DNA of 64,000 nt from a virus. Taxonomy: Duplodnaviria; Caudoviricetes. The stretch lies in IMG/VR virus record IMGVR_UViG_3300037424_000224, positions 10,662 to 74,661 of that record. One strand, written 5' to 3'. Below the pieces are notes generated by a model. That model was not told the origin of the DNA and made no database searches. It worked only from the letters and a program-made list of their open reading frames with translations. Shown here piece by piece: positions 58,010 through 64,000 of this stretch. A program made the translations under genes and the position numbers. Numbering within the stretch: the stretch's first letter is position 1; each line of letters starts with the position of its first letter.

Positions 58010-58489
58010 ATGACAGTTCATACTGCACAATGTTTGAAGATGCAAGCCGAGTTGGAAGCATGGATGAAGTTATGGCCGAAGAGTTGTACTACGTGTGGTT
58101 GTTATGGAAGTATTAGTTATCAGGCAACTCGTGACGACCCCGGTGGTAGCGAACCATGCAGTAACTGTATTGAGTATGGAATCTGCCCACGATGTGGTGA
58201 TGATTCTAACCTAACTTACACTGAACATGGAGGTTGTGATTACCCGAAGTGTTTGGCTTGTGGGTGGGACGAGTGGATAATCACCGCCAATCTCGAAGGT
58301 CAGAAAACAATGGTCTCACCTTGGGATGGTGAGTGTGATTGTTGGATGGAAGAAGAACTCGCTGAACAAAAGAAAGCAGAGGTGAAAAATATTTGGTGGG
58401 AACAAGTTGAAGAAACTGAGATGGAAAATCTCTACGATGCCGACCCTGAAATAGTTGAAAAACTTCTCAGTGATGAAGTTTCTAAATAA
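58010..58489 (+). CDS. Zn-finger protein (DnaJ-like CxxCxGxG repeats) with acidic tail
   Basis: CTTCGCYG, CSNC, CPRCG, CLACG. Confidence 0.65.
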   Translation: MTVHTAQCLKMQAELEAWMKLWPKSCTTCGCYGSISYQATRDDPGGSEPCSNCIEYGICPRCGDDSNLTYTEHGGCDYPKCLACGWDEWIITANLEGQKTMVSPWDGECDCWMEEELAEQKKAEVKNIWWEQVEETEMENLYDADPEIVEKLLSDEVSK

Positions 58490-58626
58490 AGGAGAACCAT
58501 GTGGATTCTATTCATCGTGTTGGTTTTTGTTCTATTAGTTTGGTGGATTCGAGGTTAGAATAAAGCAGTGCGGTCTGCTGACTTCAATCAACGAGTCAAT
58601 AAACAAATCAAGTAGTTTCAAACACT

Positions 58627-58657
58627 AGAGCGCACCGCAATGGTGCGCTCTTTTTTT
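58627..58657 (+). terminator. Rho-independent terminator
   Basis: AGAGCGCACC-GCAAT-GGTGCGCTCT-T6. Confidence 0.88.
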
Positions 58658-58850
58658 GTCTCAAAATATTGGTCTGAACTAACTAAATTTAGGTTCTAAA
58701 TTTCCTCTAATCCAGACTGTGGGAACTAATTTTGTACTTACTTCCACGACAAAGCAGTTTTAACTAACTTAATTTGTGGTCTAACTCGTATATAGAACAG
58801 ACTCGAAGTGGGTGCTGGAATTTTACGGTAGTAACTTTGGAAATAGGCAC

Positions 58851-58884
58851 AAAAAAAGACCGAGAAGCAAAAGCTTCTCGGTCT
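58851..58884 (-). terminator. Rho-independent terminator
   Basis: Reverse AGACCGAGAAGC-TTTT-GCTTCTCGGTCT-T6. Confidence 0.88.
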
Positions 58885-58906
58885 AGGTTACTACTATTCA
58901 GTTGTT

Positions 58907-59509
58907 CTAGTCAAACAGCGGATTGGGCTCAGTAATCACCTTCTCGCCCTTCGACTTGCGGGTCTTAGCTGCAGCTTCCAACTTGCACTCCGCCGGGTAC
59001 CGGGCGATGATAGCCGCGGCAATCGCATCCACCATCTTCTGGTCAGCGGGGTCGTTGCACAACTTCCGCTCACTCATCGCCAGCCCCCGCGCCAACCCTT
59101 GGTGGGTGAACATGCTGTCCAGCGGATAGTCCGTGCCGAACACCGCGGCGGTCGTTTCAGCAGGAGCTTTACCAAAGGCCGCGAAGTTGCCCTTCAGCTG
59201 GTCGCCACCGGTCACTTGACGCACACCCTTGACTTCAAAGGCCAGTTTGCCCTGACCCATGGCTTGCACCAAGTTTGTGCCCTTCACGGGGATTCCGGTC
59301 TCGGCGGTCAAAACCGCTGCCATGCGAGCTTCCACCGTGTTTGCCAGAACCTTGAACTCTTCCGCGGTCACCGACTTACGAGCAACTGCCATAACTTTCT
59401 TCGCGGCCAACTTCTTGCTCGAAACTGCCTTCACGTTTTTATTCGTAGCCATGGTACACTCTCCTTTAGAGTTTGCGCCACATTGGGCGCATAAAATTTC
59501 CGTAGTCAC
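58907..59509 (-). CDS. Ala/Lys-rich hypothetical protein (likely start MATNKN near 59452)
   Basis: AAAGGAGAG RBS before MATNK; own promoter and terminator. Confidence 0.7.
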   Translation of the reverse strand: MTTEILCAQCGANSKGECTMATNKNVKAVSSKKLAAKKVMAVARKSVTAEEFKVLANTVEARMAAVLTAETGIPVKGTNLVQAMGQGKLAFEVKGVRQVTGGDQLKGNFAAFGKAPAETTAAVFGTDYPLDSMFTHQGLARGLAMSERKLCNDPADQKMVDAIAAAIIARYPAECKLEAAAKTRKSKGEKVITEPNPLFD

Positions 59510-59585
59510 CTACGGTCGCTCACTTGGGTAACAACTCAACTACAGAAACGCAATTTGTCGGGGCGCGTATTGCCCCGATGTCATA

Positions 59586-59613
59586 ATTATATCACGTTCT
59601 GCTGATTTGTCAA
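59586..59613 (-). promoter_or_regulatory. sigma70 promoter TTGACA-16-TATAAT, extended -10
   Basis: Reverse TTGACAAATCAGCAGAACGTGATATAAT. Confidence 0.75.
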
Positions 59614-59650
59614 ATGGCGATTACGCAGCCCCAAACCTGATACTTAACCA

Positions 59651-59974
59651 CTAAATCAATCTAACACCCTGTACAAATTTTACGCCATATGCACCACAAA
59701 GAGAACATTCAACCTCATTGTCAAACTGTGCATTTTTTGCCTTTTGCCAACGGTGTAAACAAATTTCATTCCCAACAGTGGCTATTGGTTCGATTTCTTC
59801 AATTGTTATACAGTATTTTGTATCTGGTTTGATTCCATCTTTGAGGTCTTGAACAGTTCCGACTTCGTTAGTTATTTCTGCTTCGTCTGAAAATAAAAGT
59901 AATACTAGTGGGTACATCTCCATTAAGTCAGAATTACCTTCACTTGGAAACGATGAAACAAATTGAACTTTCAT
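59651..59974 (-). CDS. Hypothetical protein with C-terminal Zn motif
   Basis: CLHRW...CSLCG; AAGAAAGG RBS. Confidence 0.6.
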   Translation of the reverse strand: MKVQFVSSFPSEGNSDLMEMYPLVLLLFSDEAEITNEVGTVQDLKDGIKPDTKYCITIEEIEPIATVGNEICLHRWQKAKNAQFDNEVECSLCGAYGVKFVQGVRLI

Positions 59975-60025
59975 TTTATACCGACCTTTCTTGACTGATT
60001 TTTGATCGCCTTCTCGTCTGCCCCT

Positions 60026-60053
60026 ATTATATCACGTTACGCCGATCACGCAA
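60026..60053 (-). promoter_or_regulatory. sigma70-like promoter TTGCGT-16-TATAAT, extended -10
   Basis: Shares AACGTGATATAAT with the 59586 promoter. Confidence 0.6.
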
Positions 60054-60202
60054 GGCATAGATTATACAAAATAACCAACCAGTCTTGTTAGTTAATACTC
60101 AAAAAGTAATTACTTTGCCGACAAGACGGTTTCAACTAACTGAAATTATGTACAAATTGACTTTGGCCCGTCTCTCAACCTGTCTGTCCTGATTTTAGGC
60201 AC

Positions 60203-60239
60203 AAAAAAGAGCACAGCAGATTTATTTCTGCTGTGCTCT
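60203..60239 (-). terminator. Rho-independent terminator
   Basis: Reverse AGAGCACAGCAGA...TCTGCTGTGCTCT followed by T run. Confidence 0.85.
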
Positions 60240-60256
60240 GGTCAGGTTGACTAATT

Positions 60257-60715
60257 TCAGGTCAAGTCTGGAAACTCAAACTCTGATTTTTCTTCTTTTT
60301 GGTGAATCTCTAGATCACAATCCTCCAAATAATAAGAGTTCGGAAGGGTAACAGAATCATGTTGGATGCTGGTTTTTCCTGACTTTATAATTTCTTGAAC
60401 ATATTTTGGAGATTTAGGAAACTTGACTAGACCTACAAATCCTTTAATTACTAATTCGCTAGTTTGACTGGGCCACCTAACGTCAATGGTAATATGACAA
60501 TTTCCATCTGAATATTTCAGATGGTGTTGGATTGTAACATCCTTACCCAGTTCCTCTGTAATAATCTGGTACTCTTTTACTAAGAACTTCTGAACTGCGT
60601 TCTGGATTCTAGAAGCTGCCACTACTACCTTAACATCTCCCTCACTAAACCAATGACAACCAAACAATAACAGACCAAATCTAGTTTTGTTACTCATATT
60701 AGCCTCCAAGTTCAA
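60257..60715 (-). CDS. Hypothetical protein (likely start MSNKT 60697)
   Basis: GGAGG RBS before the internal ATG. Confidence 0.65.
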   Translation of the reverse strand: MNLEANMSNKTRFGLLLFGCHWFSEGDVKVVVAASRIQNAVQKFLVKEYQIITEELGKDVTIQHHLKYSDGNCHITIDVRWPSQTSELVIKGFVGLVKFPKSPKYVQEIIKSGKTSIQHDSVTLPNSYYLEDCDLEIHQKEEKSEFEFPDLT

Positions 60716-60728
60716 GATAGAGAGAGTC

Positions 60729-60782
60729 AGATTGCAGTTTTTATCATAATTGGTAGATTTTTATGTTTGCTGGGTGCAATCT
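60729..60782 (-). ncRNA. Candidate structured ncRNA, CAGCAA family copy 3
   Basis: AGATTGCA CC CAGCAA ACATAAAA ATC..GAT AAAAAC TGCAATCT; starts 2 nt after the tRNA-Ile 3' end. Confidence 0.7.
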
Positions 60783-60784
60783 AG

Positions 60785-60858
60785 TGGCCCGTAAGGGTGT
60801 CGAACCCTCTCTGCGCGTCTTATAAGGTCGCTGTTCACTACCGGCGAACACACGGGCC
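60785..60858 (-). tRNA. tRNA-Ile(TAT)
   Basis: Acceptor GGCCCGT/ACGGGCC + A73; anticodon arm GCGAC-CTTATAA-GACGC (one mismatch); T arm AGGG-TTCGACA-CCCT. Confidence 0.82.
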
Positions 60859-60867
60859 AAACTTGAG

Positions 60868-61275
60868 TTACTTTAATAAGTAATCAGATGCAACTTCTTT
60901 TCTATTGGATTTATTACTTTTCTCAAAGAGAATAGAAAAGCTACTTTTAGTAGTTACTTCCACTGGTATTTTATACACAGAATCATTATCTGGACAGTAA
61001 ACTAAGAATAGATCACAACTGTCTTTATAACCTCGTATAAAATAGCCATTTTTATTAATTCTTGTACTTGCTGTATTAAATACTAGGTGTCTATTTCTTA
61101 TTCTGCCTGTCTTACACTGACATTTTAATAGACCTTTTTCTGAATCTATTATTAAGTCGTATCTTTGGTTATCTCCGACCGGCTTGGAAACTACATAACC
61201 TAATTTCATTAGTTCAACAGTTATTACTGCTTCGGAAATTTCTCCTATTCTTTTAGGGTTTGGTTTTTCATTCAT
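60868..61275 (-). CDS. PD-(D/E)XK homing endonuclease (I-Ssp6803I-like family), free-standing
   Basis: GEISEAVITVELMKLGYVVSKP.GDNQRYDLII..QCKT. Confidence 0.85.
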   Translation of the reverse strand: MNEKPNPKRIGEISEAVITVELMKLGYVVSKPVGDNQRYDLIIDSEKGLLKCQCKTGRIRNRHLVFNTASTRINKNGYFIRGYKDSCDLFLVYCPDNDSVYKIPVEVTTKSSFSILFEKSNKSNRKEVASDYLLK

Positions 61276-61310
61276 AGTTTATTCGTTTGAGATATTGGCC
61301 GAACAAAAAC

Positions 61311-61369
61311 AAACTCCCTTACTTTGAAAGATTAGATGTCTTTTAGTTTATGGTTGCTGTAGGGAGTTT
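61311..61369 (-). ncRNA. Candidate structured ncRNA, CAGCAA family copy 2
   Basis: AAACTCCCT A CAGCAA CCATAAACTA AAAGA-CATCTAA-TCTTT CAAAGTA AGGGAGTTT. Confidence 0.7.
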
Positions 61370-61377
61370 AATTTACT

Positions 61378-61845
61378 TTATCGCGGTGTACCAGAAGTCT
61401 CTGGCAATCCTGAACTACCAACTTCTTCGCCAACAATCAAAACTGCCTTAGTCTGTGTGATCTTATACTCACAAACTCTAGGCAATGAATTTTGGTCAAT
61501 TGGATAGCATGTGGTTGGCGTTGAATCAATATATAGGTTCGCCCTGCTATCTGTAACATCTACAGCGAAGGTATCTTCACTTAATAGTTCTGGAAGAAAT
61601 GATTTGGTAGTTCCTTCCATCGGCTTGTATTCATTAACCTTGACAAGCCACACGAACTTGAATCCACTTACTGTCTGGAATGACTTAACTTGTAGCAAAT
61701 CTCCCTTGATTTCAGTTAGCGCCACATTATTATACTTACCTTCAAATGGGCGACGAGTACCAACAGCATACCCCAAAATCAGAATTACAATTGCCGCGAT
61801 TACTGCTAACACTAAAATCTTAGTTGCTGGTCGTTGGTTATTCAT
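61378..61845 (-). CDS. Membrane-anchored protein
   Basis: Single N-terminal TM, soluble beta domain. Confidence 0.65.
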   Translation of the reverse strand: MNNQRPATKILVLAVIAAIVILILGYAVGTRRPFEGKYNNVALTEIKGDLLQVKSFQTVSGFKFVWLVKVNEYKPMEGTTKSFLPELLSEDTFAVDVTDSRANLYIDSTPTTCYPIDQNSLPRVCEYKITQTKAVLIVGEEVGSSGLPETSGTPR

Positions 61846-62014
61846 TTTATCCTTTCCTTATTTATTCTTTACTGCTCTAACTACATCTCCAACTTTTATT
61901 GAGAGTATTGCAAGAAACATGATAATAAAAGCAAGTAGATTATCAGTAATGGTAACTGGCCTCATGAGACCGTACACCAATATCCACACAAACATGCCGT
62001 GTAACCACGCCATT

Positions 62015-62377
62015 TTACTTACCAACCGTTAGCAATGTCTGCAATTTCTCGTACAAAAGTCCAACTAGGTTGTTGATTTCTGGACTATTACTAATACGGT
62101 CGATTCCCTGAATGATCAGCATATCTTTTGTTGAAGGCAAAAATGTTTGAATAACAAAACCAATGGTTATCAACACAAGTGCAGTTATATACACTTTGTA
62201 TACAGTGCGTTTGTTATACCACATTTCTTTTCGTTCATATGTATCTAACATCGAATAGAGCATCTGGTAAAAAGCAAGAACAAGAAAAATCAAAATTGGT
62301 AGAACCAACAGTAGCCATGAAACTAGTGCTTTAAACTGGTCTAACCTCATAATCCAGTACATTTCTGAAGCGGTCAT
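62015..62377 (-). CDS. Membrane protein
   Basis: Two TM helices; YWIMRLD motif. Confidence 0.65.
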   Translation of the reverse strand: MTASEMYWIMRLDQFKALVSWLLLVLPILIFLVLAFYQMLYSMLDTYERKEMWYNKRTVYKVYITALVLITIGFVIQTFLPSTKDMLIIQGIDRISNSPEINNLVGLLYEKLQTLLTVGK

Positions 62378-62724
62378 TGTTTTTTATCCTTCTTTCCTTT
62401 ATATTTACCAGCTCTACGCTGGGGTTGTTTGTTAGGATTAATCGGCATTTTGTAATTATACTTCTCCAACAGAACTCTGTCGGCCACCTCATGGTCGTCG
62501 ATACAGAGTACGTCACATTTATTGACTTCAACCATTACTTCTTTCAGAGGCTTGCCCATAGAGACCATATCTGAAATTTTCCAGATTTTTAGTTCTGGTT
62601 GTCGGTGGTGGAACTCAAGTTTATCAGGGTCAGAGATATGACAAACTTTGCACGTTACTAATCTCTTGTAATCCCTAATGAACTGTCTTAAAACTTTTTT
62701 ATACTCTTTTTTATCTAGTGCCAT
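62374..62724 (-). CDS. Small HNH-like nuclease
   Basis: CKVC...LEFHHRQP...EVNKCDVLCIDDH. Confidence 0.7.
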   Translation of the reverse strand: MALDKKEYKKVLRQFIRDYKRLVTCKVCHISDPDKLEFHHRQPELKIWKISDMVSMGKPLKEVMVEVNKCDVLCIDDHEVADRVLLEKYNYKMPINPNKQPQRRAGKYKGKKDKKQ

Positions 62725-62734
62725 TTTGAACTCC

Positions 62735-62794
62735 AGTCTGTAGGCTCTAACTTAATCTTAACATGATTGGTTGTATGTTTGCAGAATACAGACT
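62735..62794 (-). ncRNA. Candidate structured ncRNA, CAGCAA family copy 4 (CTGCAA variant)
   Basis: AGTCTGTA TT CTGCAA ACATACAACC AATC-ATGTTAA-GATT AAGTTAGAGCC TACAGACT. Confidence 0.68.
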
Positions 62795-62890
62795 TAACTG
62801 AGTGTGCCGCATGTATAATTAGCGGTGAACTCATTTTTCAGTGAGACCTCGCCCACCTACACTAGCGTACACCTACCCCTCTCAGTTAAT

Positions 62891-63288
62891 TTATCCAACA
62901 TCTCTGGTAGGTTCGCCTACCTTACGGAAAACATTCTTCAACAGTTTATCACGAATCCAACCAGAACGAATCAAGTAACTGACGAAACATCGTTTTGCTT
63001 CGGTGATAGAACTATGAAACTTTTGGTTTCCACTTCCCATCTTGCCATTTACAGCTCCACCACACTCTTCTCGTGGGGTTGAACACGTGTACTTAACTAC
63101 GGCTCCACCGGCCATTACTTACCCCCTTGATTCCAAGTTTTAGTTACCTGGTCATATCCCTTAGCGGGTCGATTCCGTCCACTTCCTGGTACTTTGGGCT
63201 TCGCGGGGGTACTGGGAACTACTCCCCGCTTGGTTAATTTGTCAGCGCGTCGATTGATTGGAAACTGAACTTTATCTTTCTTGCTCAT
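62891..63288 (-). CDS. Two small basic ORFs (62891-63115; 63115-63288 MSKKDKVQFP..., not in track)
   Basis: AGGAG RBS; TAATG coupling. Confidence 0.55.
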
Positions 63289-63297
63289 GGTTTCTCC

Positions 63298-64000
63298 TTA
63301 TCGGTAGAGGTTATAAACAACTGCATCATACCGCTCGGCACTCAGGGTATTAATCATAACTTCAAGGGGATTTACGCCCTTGAAAATTGACTTCATAATA
63401 CTTGGTGAGAATCCACTGACCAGTGCAGTTCCATTCTGGTCATATTTGGCAGGTTTGGCCGCCTTGTCGTCAACATTCCAATAGATAACCGATGGTCGCT
63501 TGTACCCAGCCTTACGGTACAAATCGTCGATCATGGCAAATGCTCCTGCTTTACCATATCCCTCACCGACACCTGAGTTAAATTGCATGTCGCTGATGAT
63601 AATAACTGCACTTGGCATATCCTTTGCAGGTACATTATTCTTTACGGCAACTCCCAACATGTGCTCAAAAACTGCCTTGATGTTGGTATTTGCTGCAACT
63701 ATACCGGGCATTGAGACGATCTTCTCATACAGAGTTTCTCCATTCAACTTAATGAACTTCGGAGCTGCTGAGAAGATGTACAGACAGTCCTTAAATGCAC
63801 TTCGGTTACGTTCAGCTAAGTAGATACCTAATCCGACTGATACTTCCATAGGTAATCCCGTCATACTACCGCTGGTATCACAGATGGGCATGAAACTTTC
63901 GTCACCCTCTACGAAGTTGGGTAAGGCTTTCCACTGTGCATTACTTAGTGCAATATCCTCTTTTCTAGGATAATATCCAATTACTGGTCGAACTACTTCG
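63298..64000 (-). CDS. DUF2828-family vWA-domain protein (TROVE/Ro60-like architecture); N-terminus beyond window
   Basis: Frame continues upstream of the track ORF (AQWKALPNFV); MIDAS DTSGS, NTN, IISDMQF, IYWNV, VSGFSP. Confidence 0.8.
   Translation of the reverse strand, partial: EVVRPVIGYYPRKEDIALSNAQWKALPNFVEGDESFMPICDTSGSMTGLPMEVSVGLGIYLAERNRSAFKDCLYIFSAAPKFIKLNGETLYEKIVSMPGIVAANTNIKAVFEHMLGVAVKNNVPAKDMPSAVIIISDMQFNSGVGEGYGKAGAFAMIDDLYRKAGYKRPSVIYWNVDDKAAKPAKYDQNGTALVSGFSPSIMKSIFKGVNPLEVMINTLSAERYDAVVYNLYR

Noticed and set aside
60785-61369. tRNA group I intron around the PD-(D/E)XK gene
   Set aside because: The tRNA is uninterrupted and no P/Q/R/S elements flank the ORF.

Overview
The window is a 64-kb stretch of a large AT-rich tailed dsDNA phage genome. 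No sheath gene is recognisable and the tape measure is long, so it is siphovirus-like. The host is unknown; the lysin architecture and consensus sigma70 promoters only hint at it. Layout: (1) 1-9055, leftward replication/recombination operon (gp32-like SSB, RecA, family A DNA polymerase, RNase H, DNA methyltransferase, HNH) ending at tRNA-Glu. (2) 8950-9370, divergent block of consensus sigma70 promoters. (3) 9376-50889, rightward tRNAs, methyltransferases, ThyX-like gene, glycosyltransferases, then terminase, portal, capsid, tail, tape measure, baseplate, tail spikes/fibres and lysis genes. (4) 50890-60250, repeat- and motif-rich, poorly coding region with putative early genes. (5) 60257-64000, leftward tRNA-Ile(UAU), PD-(D/E)XK and HNH endonucleases, and a DUF2828 vWA gene running off the edge. 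Main discoveries: (a) four dispersed copies of a 54-60 nt structured RNA-like element (covarying outer stem, C[A/T]GCAA-N-CATA core, anticodon-arm-like hairpin), three of them just downstream of the DUF2828 gene and one abutting a tRNA; (b) a group I intron in the major capsid gene whose 5' end carries a synonymously recoded copy of exon 2, so both spliced and unspliced mRNA encode a full capsid protein; (c) a second group I intron in the major tail gene; (d) two -1 frameshift sites, the classic tail chaperone one and an unexpected one fusing a tail-fibre gene to a beta-propeller inside a high-GC island; (e) glycosyltransferases inside the virion module; (f) helically phased 31-bp repeats plus a G10 run (candidate packaging site or origin). 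All family assignments come from motif recognition by eye; no searches were run.
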